Assembly (NCBI GenBank): GCA_963816395.1 | Contig: CAWFKQ010000016.1 | Location: forward strand, 64,001-128,000 | Source: an uncultured delta proteobacterium | Lineage (GTDB): Bacteria; Desulfobacterota; Desulfuromonadia; Desulfuromonadales; JACZKF01 | Direction of reading: 5' to 3' | DNA: 64,000 bases | Shown: positions 49,512 through 61,793 of the stretch, in pieces | Layout of the letters: the number at the start of each line of letters is the position of its first letter | How positions within the stretch are numbered: the first letter of the stretch is position 1 | Notes under the pieces: model-generated | The model's database searches: none | Told to the model about the DNA's origin: nothing | The model's input: the letters and a program-made list of their open reading frames with translations, nothing else | Translations under genes and position numbers: made by a program

Positions 49512-51830
49512 TCAGCGTCCCTCCTCCCTGGCGGTAAACGCGTCGACCGTCTCCTGCAGCGGGAGGGTGCCCGGCCGGTGCCGGTTGGCGAACATGCGCA
49601 CCGCCAGGTAGACCACCGGCAGGATGCCGCCGACGATGAACAGCACGTCTCCCGGCAGCCGCAGCCACTCGAACGTCTGCACGATGGGGCGGAGGAAGAA
49701 TTCCGGCTCCCGCGCCTGCCAGTAGGAAGTGGTCAGGGCCTCGCGGATCTGCATCAGGCCGACCGGAAAGAGATTGACGAACAGCATCCAGGCCAGGCCG
49801 ATGTTCAGGCTCCAGAAGGCGATCCCCATGGCCCGGTCGCTCGCCCGGTCGCGGGGGATGAAATAGCGGGCGACGAACATGAAGAAACCCATCGCCAGCA
49901 TCCCGTACACCCCCATCATGGCCCCATGGCCGTGGTTGGCGGTCCATTGGGTGCCGATCTCGTAATAGCTGACGATCGGCAGGTTGATCAGGAAGCCGAA
50001 GACCCCCGCCCCGAGGAAGTTCCAGAAGCCGACGGCAATCAGGAACATCACCGCCCACTTGTGCGGGAATTCGCCGCTGCTCGTTCCCAGCATCGTCTTT
50101 TCCCCCGCCGGGGCGCCCAGCTGCATGAAGCGCCAGGCCTCGTAGGTCAGCAGCATCAGGGGGATGACCTCCATGGCCGAGAAGAAGGCCCCGAGGGACA
50201 TGTGAACGGCCGGCGCGCCGCTGAAGTAGAGGTGGTGCATGGTGCCGATCACCCCGCCGACCGAATAGAGGATGATGTCCAGATAGATGATGGTGGTCGC
50301 CACCTTCGGCCGCACCACCCCGAGCAGGACGAAGACGTAGGCGACCATGATGGTGGTGAACAGCTCGAGGAAGTCCTCCACCCACAGGTGCACGACCCAG
50401 AAGCGCCAGAAATCCATCACGGCGAAATTGACGTCGCGGCCGTACACCATCCCCACCGCATAGAATACGGGGATGGAGAGGGCGCTGTAGAGGAAGAGCC
50501 AGGGCATATTCCCCGGATGTTCCTCCGGGAGGCGCTGGCGCAGACCGCGAATCAGGATCACCACCCACAGGAACATGCCGATGGTCAGCAGGATCTGCCA
50601 CATGCGGCCGAGATCGAGGTATTCCCACCCCTGGGCGCCGATCCAGAACCAGGGCCCCTGGCGGGTGATGGCGTCCTCGATGCTCGCCGCCTCCCCGGCC
50701 AGGCTGCCGACGACGACCACCACCAGGGCGCCGAACAGGGTCAGGGCCAGCTTGTCCTGGTGCTTCGGTTCGCGGCCGGCGATCATCGGCGCCAGGAAGA
50801 TCCCCATGGCCAGGAAGCTGGCGGCGACGAAAAACAGGGCCAGCTGCAGGTGCCAGGTGCGGGAAATGTTATAGGGGAGCCAGTCGGCGACCTGCACGCC
50901 GTAGAACCCGGCCGGCTCGACATGGTAATGGGCGTTCATGCCGCCGAGCAGTCCCTGGAGAAGAAAAAGCCCGGCCACCACCAGGAAGTACCAGGGGACC
51001 GCCCGCTGCGAAGGGGTCAGCCGCACCTCTTCCGGGGGTCGGAAGCGGCGCTTGCCCTCGGTCGGGACCGTCTCCCGCTGCCATCCCAGGGACTCGTAGC
51101 GGCCGAAGAAGAACAGGACGATGCCGGTCCCCCCAAGCAGGGCCACCAGGCTGAGGACGCTCCAGAGCAGGGCGGCAGGGGTCGGCTGATTCCCCGCCAG
51201 CGGTTCCGGCGGCCAGTTGTTGGTGTAGGAGTGCTGGGCGTCTGGGCGCTGGGCCGCTGTGGTCCAGCCGGCCCAGGAAAAGAAAGCGGTCAGCCGCCTG
51301 ACCTCCGCGGGATCGGTGATCATCGGCCGGCGCACCCCGCGCTGCTGCTCCGGCCGCCCGAAGGCGGTGCGATAGAATTCGAGCATCTGGTTGAAGGCGA
51401 AAGTCTGCCCCGGCGTATAGGAGAGGACGCCGCTGGCCGGGTCGTAGGTGTTCGTCCTGAGCTCCTGCCGTACCCGGGCGGTCGCTTCCGCTTCCGACAG
51501 TCCCTGCCGCCGGTTGAAGGCGAGCATCGCTTCGCCCGCACGGTGCAGGTACTGGGCGGTGAAATCCGGCCCCAGGTAAGCGCCGTGGCCGTACAGGGTG
51601 CCGTACTGCATCAGGCCGTATTTCTGGAAAATATGCTGGCCGGCCATGATGTCGTCGCCGGTGAACAGCACCTCACCGGTGCCGGCTTGCACCACCTCCC
51701 TGGGGATAGGCGGGTGATCGACGGAGACGCGCCGGGCCAGGTAGCCGAGGACGGCGAAGCCGACCAGGAAAGTGAGTATGGCCACCTGCATCCACAGCCG
51801 GGGAATGATCATCGGGTTTCTTGCCGCCAT
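49512..51830 (-). CDS. norB: Quinol-dependent nitric oxide reductase (qNor/NorZ)
   Basis: 772 aa; GHGAYLGPDFTA, YTNNWP, RTWHLQ, VHLWVE, GTMHHLYF, NHGHGAMMGVYG, WLRLPGD. Confidence 0.93.
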   Translation of the reverse strand: MAARNPMIIPRLWMQVAILTFLVGFAVLGYLARRVSVDHPPIPREVVQAGTGEVLFTGDDIMAGQHIFQKYGLMQYGTLYGHGAYLGPDFTAQYLHRAGEAMLAFNRRQGLSEAEATARVRQELRTNTYDPASGVLSYTPGQTFAFNQMLEFYRTAFGRPEQQRGVRRPMITDPAEVRRLTAFFSWAGWTTAAQRPDAQHSYTNNWPPEPLAGNQPTPAALLWSVLSLVALLGGTGIVLFFFGRYESLGWQRETVPTEGKRRFRPPEEVRLTPSQRAVPWYFLVVAGLFLLQGLLGGMNAHYHVEPAGFYGVQVADWLPYNISRTWHLQLALFFVAASFLAMGIFLAPMIAGREPKHQDKLALTLFGALVVVVVGSLAGEAASIEDAITRQGPWFWIGAQGWEYLDLGRMWQILLTIGMFLWVVILIRGLRQRLPEEHPGNMPWLFLYSALSIPVFYAVGMVYGRDVNFAVMDFWRFWVVHLWVEDFLELFTTIMVAYVFVLLGVVRPKVATTIIYLDIILYSVGGVIGTMHHLYFSGAPAVHMSLGAFFSAMEVIPLMLLTYEAWRFMQLGAPAGEKTMLGTSSGEFPHKWAVMFLIAVGFWNFLGAGVFGFLINLPIVSYYEIGTQWTANHGHGAMMGVYGMLAMGFFMFVARYFIPRDRASDRAMGIAFWSLNIGLAWMLFVNLFPVGLMQIREALTTSYWQAREPEFFLRPIVQTFEWLRLPGDVLFIVGGILPVVYLAVRMFANRHRPGTLPLQETVDAFTAREEGR

Positions 51831-51979
51831 GGTCCGCTCCTTCTCCAGCCAGCGCTTGATATCTTTTAAAGGAATCTAAATTTTCTCGTCTTCATTTTCT
51901 TCTAGCGTTCTTCAAGGAAAAAGCAAGTGGCGGCACGGGAGAGACTCGGGAGGTGAAAAGGGAGGCCAGAGTGCGGAAT

Positions 51980-52009
51980 AAAAAAGGCCCCGCCAGGGGC
52001 GGAGCCTTT
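51980..52009 (-). terminator. Rho-independent terminator after CBS gene
   Basis: Plus strand AAAAAAGGCCCCGCC-AGG-GGCGGAGCCTTT. Confidence 0.75.
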
Positions 52010-52037
52010 GCTGCAGGGATGGCGCGGCCGACGCGTT

Positions 52038-52472
52038 TCAGCCGCCCATGATGTAGTTTTCCAGTTGCCCGATCATGTAATCCTTCTGCGCGATGAAGGC
52101 CTTAACCACATCGCCGATGGAAATGACCCCGACCAGCCGTTCCTTCTCGAGGACGGGCAGGTGGCGGACGCGCCGCTCGGTCATCAGCGCCATGCACTCC
52201 TCCAGGGGCTGGTCCGGGCCGACGAAGAATACCTTCGAGGTCATGATGTCCCTGACGTGGGTTTCCCGGGAGGAGATCCCCTTGAGGATGACCTTGCGGG
52301 CGTAGTCCCGCTCCGAGAAGATCCCCTTCAGCCTTCCACCGTCCGCCACCACGACCAGGGCGCCGATGTCCTGCTCTGCCATCAGCGTCAGAGCCTCGAA
52401 GACAGTTTGCTCCGGGCCGATGGTCCAGACCTTCCGTCCCTTCTCCTCAAGCAGATCCCGCACCGTTTGCAT
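52038..52472 (-). CDS. Tandem CBS-domain protein
   Basis: IGALVV, GIFSERDYARKV, RHLPV, GVISIGDVVK. Confidence 0.9.
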   Translation of the reverse strand: MQTVRDLLEEKGRKVWTIGPEQTVFEALTLMAEQDIGALVVVADGGRLKGIFSERDYARKVILKGISSRETHVRDIMTSKVFFVGPDQPLEECMALMTERRVRHLPVLEKERLVGVISIGDVVKAFIAQKDYMIGQLENYIMGG

Positions 52473-52570
52473 AGGCAGCTCTCCTTCGCCAAATAAAACC
52501 CTATTTCATAAAACATAGAGGAATCTGCGGAAAAGTCAATGACGGAGGGAGAGATGGCCTTTCGCTGGGA

Positions 52571-53879
52571 TCAGCCCGGCAGCGCCCGCCCCAGCAGTTC
52601 CATGAGGTGCAGCACTTCCTGCCGCAAGCCGGCCTCCCGCAGCCCCCAGGCGAGCTGCAGGTGGCAGCCGGGATTGGCGGTAACGAGAATGTCGGCGCCG
52701 GTGTTTTTAACGTTCCCGAGCTTGCGGTCGAGGACCCGGCGGCTGTCTTCGGCGAACTTGAGGCCCCAGGTGGCGGCCGAGCCGCAGCACCAGCTCGCTT
52801 CCGCCATCTCGCGCAGCTCCACCCCGGGGATCTGCCGGAGGATTTCGCCGCGGCTGGGCGGAAATCCCCTGCGCATGGCAGAGATGGCACGGCTCGTGGT
52901 AGGTCACCGTGCAGGGGACCGGGCGCAGAGCCTCGGTGCGCAGCCCCACCTCGACCAGGAACTCGGAAATGTCGCGGATCTTGGCCCGGAAGCGCTGCAG
53001 CTTCCCCGCGTCCGCCTGTTCTTCCAGCAGTTCCTCGTATTCCTTGAGGGAAGCGCCGCAGCCGGCGCAATCCGTGACGATGCAATCGACATCCAACTCC
53101 AGGAACAGCTCGAGGTTGAACAGGGCCAGTTCCCGGGCGGTCTTGCGGTCGCCCTCGGAAAGGTGGGGGGCGCCGCAGCATTTGGCGGCCCGGGGAGTGA
53201 CCACCTCGAAGCCCTGATGGGCCAGGATGCGCACCGTTTGGCGGGAGACGCCGGGATACATCAGGGTCATCACGCAGCCGAGAAAAAAGCCGACCCGGCC
53301 GCGCTTCTCTCCCTGCGCCGGGACAACCTCCGGGAGCTGCGGCCGCAGCGGCGGCTCCAGGCGGGGGAGCATGCCTTCGGCCTTCTCCAGCCAGTGCGGC
53401 CCCAGTTTGAGGACCTTCAGGTGCCGCACCAGCCACTGGATGCCGAGGCGCTGATAGAGCCGGGTCGGCAGCATGGAGTTCTCCAGCCGGTCGGGCGAAG
53501 GAAGCATCTTCTGCAGGACGAATTCGCGGAAGGCCCGGCCGGCGCTCCCCAGCGGATGGAAGGCGTGCGCCTGACTGCGGCAGATCTCCATGACCTCGCC
53601 CGCCCGGACTCCGGAAGGACAGGCGGTGGTGCAGGCGCGGCAATCGAGGCAGAAGAAAGCTTCTTCCTTGACTGCTTCGGTGAATTGGAGCTTCTTCTCG
53701 GCCACCGCGCGGGCGAGGGCCACCCGGCCGCGCGGGCTGGAACGCTCGCGTCCGGTCAGGGCGTAGGTCGGACAGGTGGGCAGACAGAAGCCGCAGCGCA
53801 TGCACTGCAGGACATCCTCGTAGGCAGGCGCATCCTCCGGATGGAAATTGCCCAGAAGCTCAGTGCGCGACACGGGCAT
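52571..53879 (-). CDS. glcF: Lactate/glycolate dehydrogenase Fe-S subunit (GlcF-like, CCG domains), frameshift near 52850
   Basis: CMRCGFCLPTCP, SPRGR, CLDCRACTTACPSGV, KCCGA, TYHEPCHL; WCCGSA and TANPGC in next frame. Confidence 0.85.
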
Positions 53880-55290
53880 CTTCCTCCACCTGCGGTTTGC
53901 TGCAGGAATCCCGGTCATCGAAAATCTTCCCCGGGTTGAGGATTCCCGCCGGGTCGAAGGATTGTTTGATGCGCTGCATCACCCTGACCCCGCCGGCACC
54001 GATCTGGCGCGCCAGGTATTCCTTCTTGGCCAAGCCGATGCCGTGCTCGCCGGAAACCGTGCCGCCCCAGGCGAGCACCTTTTCGTAGAGGTCGCGATAG
54101 AAGGCATGCGCCCGTTCCATTTCGTCCCGATTGCGCTCGTCGCAGAGAACGGTCGGGTGCAGGTTGCCGTCGCCGGCATGGCCGAAAGTGCCGACCTGCA
54201 GCCCGTACTTGCCCGCCAGCCGTTCTATTTCGCCGAAGGTTTCGGCCAGGCGCGAGCGGGGAACGGTGGCGTCCTCCAGCAGGGTGGTGGGGGAGACCCG
54301 GGCCAGCGCCGAAAGGGCGGTGCGCCGGGCGGCGGCCAGGCCGGCCGCCTGTTCGGCGGTCTCGGCGAGGTGGACCTCGGCGGCGCCGGTGGCCAGCACT
54401 TCCCTGACCCCGGCGGCCTCCTCGGCGACCATGGCCGGATGGCCATCGACCTCGATCAGCAGCAGGGCCGCCATCTGCCGCGGCAGGCCGATCCGCACGT
54501 AATCCTCGATGCAGTTGATGGTGGCCCGGTCCATGATCTCCATGGTGGAGGGGATGATCCTGGCGGCGATGATCCGCGACACCGCCTCGCCGGCGGTGCG
54601 GATATCGTTGAAATAGGCGAGGAAGGTCCGTTTGTCCCGGGGCGGCGGGATCAGCTTGACCGTCACCTCGGTGATGACGCCGAGCGTCCCCTCGCTGCCG
54701 ACCAGCAGGTCCTTGAAGGAGTAGCCGGCCACGTCCTTGACGCTCTTGCCGCCGGTGCGCAGCAGGCTGCGGTCGGGTAGCACGCACTGCAGGGCCATGA
54801 CGTAGTCGCGGGTAACCCCGTACTTGAGACCGCGCAGGCCGCCGGCGTTTTCCGCCACATTTCCGCCCAGGGTGGAGATCTTCTGGGAACCTGGATCGGG
54901 GGGGTAGAACAGCCCCTTCGCCGCCACGGCGTTGAACAGATCGAGGGTGATGACGCCGGGCTCGCAGGTGGCGGTCAGGTTCTCCTCGTCGATCTCACGG
55001 ATGCGGTTCATCCGGGTCGTGGCCAGCACCATTCCCCCGCGAAGCGGGACGCTGCCGCCCGACAGCCCGGTTCCCGATCCCCGCGGGACCAGCGGCAGGC
55101 CCTCGCTCTGGGCGACTTCCATGGCCGTCACCACCTGCTCGGCGGTGGTCGGGTAAACCACCACCTCCGGCAGGTGGTGCACGCCCGGGGTGGAGTCATA
55201 GCCGAGGACCAGCAGGTCCTCCTGCTCGTGCAGGACGTTCTTCTCGCCGAGCTTTTCCTGGAGATGGCGGATGGCGGTCTTGGAGATCAT
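53860..55290 (-). CDS. glcD: FAD-linked lactate/glycolate dehydrogenase subunit (GlcD-like)
   Basis: PRGSGTGLSGG, YPPDPGS, GGNVAENAGG..LKYGVT, GSEGTLG, GHAGDGNLHP, SGEHGIG, LNPGK. Confidence 0.9.
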   Translation of the reverse strand: MISKTAIRHLQEKLGEKNVLHEQEDLLVLGYDSTPGVHHLPEVVVYPTTAEQVVTAMEVAQSEGLPLVPRGSGTGLSGGSVPLRGGMVLATTRMNRIREIDEENLTATCEPGVITLDLFNAVAAKGLFYPPDPGSQKISTLGGNVAENAGGLRGLKYGVTRDYVMALQCVLPDRSLLRTGGKSVKDVAGYSFKDLLVGSEGTLGVITEVTVKLIPPPRDKRTFLAYFNDIRTAGEAVSRIIAARIIPSTMEIMDRATINCIEDYVRIGLPRQMAALLLIEVDGHPAMVAEEAAGVREVLATGAAEVHLAETAEQAAGLAAARRTALSALARVSPTTLLEDATVPRSRLAETFGEIERLAGKYGLQVGTFGHAGDGNLHPTVLCDERNRDEMERAHAFYRDLYEKVLAWGGTVSGEHGIGLAKKEYLARQIGAGGVRVMQRIKQSFDPAGILNPGKIFDDRDSCSKPQVEEDARVAH

Positions 55291-55299
55291 GGAAAACCC

Positions 55300-55428
55300 G
55301 TCATTGGTCAGGTGGTCATTGTTCGTTGCTGTGGTTTGGAAAAGCTCCTGTTGGTCATCGCCTGAATGGAAGGCCCATACAAGCCGCGGACTCCTTCGGC
55401 CAATGACCATGGACAAGTGACTAATGAC
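55300..55428. repeat. Heptamer-based inverted repeat (GTCATTG / CAATGAC)
   Basis: GTCATTG GTCAGGT GGTCATT GTTCGTT ... CAATGAC CATGGAC AAGTGAC TAATGAC. Confidence 0.75.
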
Positions 55429-55443
55429 GCGCGCGCCAGCGCG

Positions 55444-55953
55444 CTAGAACCCTTCTTCCCGGTACCCTTCGGGAATCCGCACCACCAGCACCGCCCGGTC
55501 GGTGCCGTGCAGAACCTTGGAGGTGGTGGTGCCGAGGAGGGCCTCGCCGAGGACGGTGCGCCGGTGCGAGCCCATGACGATCAGGTCGGCCTCGCAGTCG
55601 GCAGCCGCCTCAAGCACCACCTGGGCCGGTTGCCCCTCGACGATGCGGATCTCACTGACACGGTTCACCCCGTCGGGATCATTGGCGCGCTCCATCTCGC
55701 AGATGCGCTCGATCCGTTCGCGAAGCCGGTTCCTGACCTCCTGCCGCGCCCCCTGGTGGAGCTCTTCCAGGCGGTCATGGGAAATATACAGTTCCACCAT
55801 GCTCTGGCCGAAGTTGGACAGCGGCTCCATGCCGTGCACGGCAATGATTTCCGCCCCGTACTGCCGGGCCAGGCCCAGAGCGTGGCGGAAGACGTAGGGC
55901 GCGGCGGGACCGATGCCGGTGGCATAAAGGATTTTCTTGATTTTGGGCAGCAT
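55444..55953 (-). CDS. Universal stress protein directly downstream of TRAP operon (TeaD-like position)
   Basis: KKILYAT, EGQPAQVVLEAA, DLIVMGSH, LGTTTSKVLH, VLVV. Confidence 0.88.
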   Translation of the reverse strand: MLPKIKKILYATGIGPAAPYVFRHALGLARQYGAEIIAVHGMEPLSNFGQSMVELYISHDRLEELHQGARQEVRNRLRERIERICEMERANDPDGVNRVSEIRIVEGQPAQVVLEAAADCEADLIVMGSHRRTVLGEALLGTTTSKVLHGTDRAVLVVRIPEGYREEGF

Positions 55954-56038
55954 GGATTTCTCCCCGGTATGTCTATCATGAATCGGGTTGTTCGATGCAA
56001 TCTTGCCACCTCTTGCCGGGTCGGCAAGGAAAGAAACT

Positions 56039-57382
<1,344 letters not shown>

Positions 57383-57407
57383 GGGAACGTCTCCGGGAGC
57401 GGCAGTA

Positions 57408-57906
57408 CTAGTCGCGCTGGCGCAGGGAACGAAAATCGTGAATCAGTTTGGCCACCCCCTGCAGAAAGAACAGGACGAAGCCGATGGCCATGACGGTCTT
57501 GTAGGGGTAGATCGCCGGCGCCCAGGAGGAGGAGGCCAGCTCATGGATTTTCCAGGAATTTGCGGCATAGATGATCGACCAGATGGTCAACAGGCCGATG
57601 GTCGGCATGAAGATCACCAGGTTGGCGACGATGCGCAGGATCGTGCGCGGCCGCGGCGGCAGCCGGGATTCGAAAACATCGATGGCGACATGGCCGTCGT
57701 ACTTGTGGGCGTAGCCGAAGGCCAGCATGAAATGCATGCCGTAGAGGAAAACGGTCATCTCGAAGGCCCAGACGGTCGGCGCGTCGAAGCCGTAGCGCAT
57801 CAGGACCTCGAAGACGACCACCCCGACCAGGGGGAGGATCAGGTAGGAGTGACCAGCGGCCCACTTTTTCGTTCAGGGAGTCGATAGACCGGGCGATTGG
57901 GAGCAT
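57408..57906 (-). CDS. dctQ: TRAP transporter small permease, frameshift near 57845
   Basis: IDSLNEKVG; EVLMRYGFDAPTVWAFE, GHVAIDV, YPYK, LQGVA. Confidence 0.85.
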
Positions 57907-57948
57907 AGGTGCCTCGCATGGGTTGCGGATCGCTTTCCGCGGATGCGG

Positions 57949-57987
57949 AAAAGCAGCGGCGGGGACCGGCGGCCCCCGCCGTTACTT
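57949..57987 (-). terminator. Stem-loop between dctP and dctQ
   Basis: GCGGCGGGG/CCCCGCCGT stem with a short T run after it on the minus strand. Confidence 0.6.
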
Positions 57988-57996
57988 CAGGTCAGA

Positions 57997-59161
57997 TTAC
58001 TGCAGGCGCTTGCCGTTGATGTAGTCGTCGATCGGCCAGGGGGTCAGGCCGCTGCGGATTTCCCGCCACTGCGGCGAAATCCTTCCTTGAACTGCTCCTG
58101 GGAATCGAGGGTCTTCTTCACGTCAGGGTACTTGGCCTTGAGGTCGTCCAGGTACTCCTTGGTGCGTCTTGGCGAAGGAGGTGATCGCCTCGTCGTCCAT
58201 CTTGACGAATTCCACTTTCTCCTTGAATTTCTTGATCGCCTCGATGTTCAGCTGCTCCTGCCAGGCGGTGGACCAGAGCTGGGTTTCCTTGGCGGCGATG
58301 TCGACGATCCACTTCAGGTCGGCGGGAAGCTTGTTGTAGGCGTCCTTGTTGAAGAAGAGGGCGCACTGCACGGAAGGCTGGTGCACGCCCGGCTCGATGA
58401 CGTACTTGGTGATTTCGTCGAAGCCCATCGGGTAGTTGATGGCCGGGGAGCTGAACTCGGCGGCATCGATGACGCCGCGCTCCAGGGCCAGGTAGACCTC
58501 GCCGCCCGGCAGCGGGGTGACGGAGGCGCCGAGGGAGTTCAGGATATCCATGTACCAGCCGGGGGTGCGCACGCGCATGCCCTTTGAAGTCGGCCATCTT
58601 GGTGGCCTTCTTGTTGGAGAAAAGACCCATTTCCTGGCCGCCGTTGCCGCCGGGGAAGGCCACCAGGTTATAGCGGCCGTACAGTTCCTGCATCTGCTCC
58701 AGACCGCCGCGCTCGTAGAGCCAGATGTTGTAGCCTTCGGTGTCGAGGCCGAAGGGGACCGAGGCGAAGGAGACGAAGTTCTCGTTTTTCCCTTTCCAGT
58801 AGCCCGGCCAGTCGTGGCCGACCTGCGGCGGAGCCCTTGCTCACCGCGTCGAAGCTCTCCATGGCCCCGACCAGTTCGCCGGCGGAGAAGAGCTTGATGT
58901 CGAGCCGGCCGCCGGAGGCGAGTTCGACGGAATCGGCGAAATGCTGGGCCATGTCGTAGAAGAGCAGTCCTTTGGACCAGGGCATGACCATCTTCCAGTG
59001 GAACTTCTGGTCCGAGGTCTTGATGGTGCGCAGTTCCTTTTTTGACTTCCTCGTGGCGTTTGTCGGCGCCGAACTTCTCGCGCTTGGCGGCGAAGGCCTG
59101 CGGGGCCAGGATCAACGACAGGGCGACGACACAGTCCGGCCAGTGATCTTAACCTCTTCAT
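57997..59161 (-). CDS. dctP: TRAP substrate-binding protein (2-oxo/2-hydroxy acid-binding type), several frameshifts
   Basis: WKMVMPW, SGGRLDIKLFSAGELV, YWKGK, GNGGQEMG, MRVRTPG, LPGGEVYLALERGVIDAAEF, PGVHQP; ends YINGKRLQ-TAA. Confidence 0.83.
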
Positions 59162-59242
59162 CTGCTGCCTCCTTATTCTTGCGGTTGTGAGAATCGGCGG
59201 ACGGTTTGTCCGCGGTCGTTGAAGGCAAAAGGAAATACCAAA

Positions 59243-59286
59243 AATTGGTAAGACCATTTATTAGACCAAGGTATTTCAGCCGTCAA
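59243..59286 (-). promoter_or_regulatory. Sigma70 promoter with overlapping FadR-family (LldR/GlcC/PdhR-type) operator
   Basis: Minus strand TTGACG-17-TAATAA; palindrome AATTGGTAAGACCATTT at 59243-59259. Confidence 0.75.
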
Positions 59287-59394
59287 GGAAAAAACAAACA
59301 TTGTTTTCTAAAATCGCGAATTTTTCTTCGATTATCTCAGGGCATGTCAAACGACGGACTGATGTGCTGCCCGGGCATGTGGCAACTTCGCCCC

Positions 59395-60715
59395 TTAGCC
59401 GTCGTCGCGAACTTTGATCCGGCCCAGTTTACGGGCGGCGCTCGCCTGGCTGATGCCGAGGGCGGTGGCAATTTTGCGGGTCGTCCTGTGTTTCTGCCGG
59501 GCCTGCAGGAGGATGCGGTTTTCGTGCTCCGCGAGCATTTCTTTCAGCGTCATCCCGGCCGAATATCCCTGGGCCTTGCCGGGAAGAGGGACATCCTCCC
59601 GGGTGATGTGGTCGGCCGGTGAGGTCACGATGCTTCGCTCAACCAGATTCTCCAGCTCGCGGATATTGCCTTTCCAGGGCAGCGCGACCAGATAATCGAT
59701 CGAGGCTCTTGGCGAACTTCTTGTAGGTGTTGTACTTCCGGTTGTATTTCCCCACGAAATAGTTGACCAGGACAGGGATGTCCTCCCGCCGTTCCCGAAG
59801 GGGCGGGATATGGAGCGGCACAACGTTCAGGCGGTAATAGAGGTCCTCGCGGAACCGCCCCTCGGCCACCAATTGGCCGAGATCTCCGTTGGTGGCCGCC
59901 AGCAGGCGGATGTCGACGGCGCGGGTTTCCCTGCCGCCGACCTTGAAAAAGCTTTTGTCCTGGATGACGCCGAGCAGTTTGGACTGCAGGTGAAGGGGCA
60001 GCTCGGAGATCTCATCGAGGAAGACCGTTCCGCCATCGGCGATTTCCAGAAGCCCCTCTTTGCCCCGCCGGTCGGCCCCGGTAAAGGAACCGGACTCGTA
60101 GCCGAAAAGTTCGGCCTCCATGAGGGCTTCCGGGATGGCGGCACAGTTGATCTGGATAAAGGGCTTTTTCTTGCGGCCGCTGGTTCGATGGATCATCTTG
60201 GCCAGCAGGCTTTTGCCGACTCCCGATTCGCCGGAGAGCAGGATGGTCGAGTCGGTGTCGGCCACCCGCAGCGCCAGATCGATGACATCGATCATTTTGC
60301 TGCTGCAGGTGATGATGTCCTCTTCCGCCAGGAGTTGATCGCGAGCCGTATCGGAATCGATCTCCTGATTGTAATGGACGACGGTCAGGTCCCAGATGGT
60401 GTTGATGACGTAGCGGATTTCCCCCTCTGCATCGAAGATGGGGCGGCCCTTGACCAGCAGCTTGCGGTTGGTTTTGGTGGAATAGGTGGCCGTGGCCGGG
60501 GCTTTGCGCTCCAGGACGATGAGGGTGGCCGCCCCGGAAAAATAATTGTCCGCCCCCACCAGGTCGTAGAGGCTTTTCCCCTCGAGTTCTTCGTTGGTGA
60601 AGCCCGACATTTCTTCGAAGGTCCGGTTGACCTTGATCGTCACCCCGCGGCCATCGGCGATGTAAATTCCGTTATAGACGTTGTCGAAGGCGAGTTCCAG
60701 CAGTTGATGGTCCAT
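59395..60715 (-). CDS. PAS-domain sigma54-interacting regulator (RocR/TyrR-like), frameshift near 59708
   Basis: PAS N-terminus; GESGVGKS, ELFGYESGSFTGA, FLDEISEL; WKGNIRELEN and TTRKIATALGISQ HTH in next frame. Confidence 0.87.
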
Positions 60716-60841
60716 GAGCTGCCTCTCCTCCGCAGTCGAGTTGCGAGCCGGTCCTTTACTCGCCTGCCTCCAGCGGTTTGGGGCGAACGATGGCTGGGAC
60801 CCGGGGCGCCGGGCGGCGGGTCCCCTTTCCCTCGAAGGTGT

Positions 60842-61783
60842 TCACAGCGACCGCTTCAGCAGCCGTCCCAATTCTCCCACGAAGCCTCGGCGAAAAGCCA
60901 GCACGCAGACGACAAAGATGGCGCCGATCACCACGGTGACCCAGGAGCCGATAGCGCTCAATTCCGAGTGCAGGGCGATCACCGTGCAGGCCCCGGCGAG
61001 CGGTCCCAGGACCGTGCCGAGGCCGCCGAGCAGGGTCATCAGCACCACCTCTCCGGAGGTGTGCCAGCTGACATCGGTCAGCGAAGCGAGTTGGAAGACC
61101 AGTGCTTTGGTGGCTCCGGCCATCCCGGACAGGGCGGCGGAGAGGACGAAGGCGAGCAGCTTGAAGCGCTCCACCTTGTAGCCGAGGGAGACCGCTCGCG
61201 GTTCGTTCTCCCGGATCGCCTTGAGCACCTGGCCAAAGGGGGAATGAATGGCGCGATAGATGATCCAGAAGCCGAGGCAAAAGATGGCGAAGACGAAGTA
61301 GTAGAGGTTGAGCTCCAGAGGGCGGCCGGCCAGATGATAGGTATGGCCCAGGTTGACCAGCCCGAAGAGCATCCCCCGGGGGACGTCCTGCAGGCCGTCC
61401 TCGCCGCCGGTAAAAGGAGCCTTGAGCGCGATGAAATAGACCACCTGGGCCAGGGCCAGGGTGATCATGGCGAAATAGATCCCCTGCCGGCGAATGGTCA
61501 GGATTCCGAAGATATACCCCATCACGCCGGCGGCGAGGGTGCCGGCGAGCACCCCGAGCCCCGGTGTCAGGCCGACGTTCTTGACCAGATAACCGGTGAT
61601 ATAGGCCGCCCCGCCGAAAAAGGCGGCGTGCCCGAAGGAGAGCAACCCCGTGTAGCCGATCAGCAGATTGAAGGCGCAGGCGAACAGGGCAAAACAGAGC
61701 AACTGCATCACGAATACCGGGTAGATCACAAACGGGGCCACCACCCCCGCCACGAACAGCACTGCCCATACCGTACGGTTCAC
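60842..61783 (-). CDS. livM: Branched-chain amino acid ABC permease
   Basis: GYTGLLSFGHAAFFG, GIYFAMITLA, TGGEDG, AIRENE.RA.SLGY. Confidence 0.9.
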   Translation of the reverse strand: MNRTVWAVLFVAGVVAPFVIYPVFVMQLLCFALFACAFNLLIGYTGLLSFGHAAFFGGAAYITGYLVKNVGLTPGLGVLAGTLAAGVMGYIFGILTIRRQGIYFAMITLALAQVVYFIALKAPFTGGEDGLQDVPRGMLFGLVNLGHTYHLAGRPLELNLYYFVFAIFCLGFWIIYRAIHSPFGQVLKAIRENEPRAVSLGYKVERFKLLAFVLSAALSGMAGATKALVFQLASLTDVSWHTSGEVVLMTLLGGLGTVLGPLAGACTVIALHSELSAIGSWVTVVIGAIFVVCVLAFRRGFVGELGRLLKRSL

Positions 61784-61793
61784 ACCAGACTCC

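Noticed and set aside
49512..51830. NO dismutase (Nod) instead of qNor
   Set aside because: Both His of the HH motif and the conserved Glu are retained; no Nod-type substitutions seen.
49578..51869. 763-aa plus-strand ORF and other long antisense ORFs (3916-5367, 12043-13779, 28772-30085, 41393-43090, 59810-61828)
   Set aside because: Shadows of well-supported opposite-strand genes; expected with high GC3 codon bias; no motifs.
51856..51869. FNR/HcpR box TTGATATCTTTTAA upstream of qNor
   Set aside because: Two mismatches in one half and only ~26 nt from the start codon; cannot be supported.
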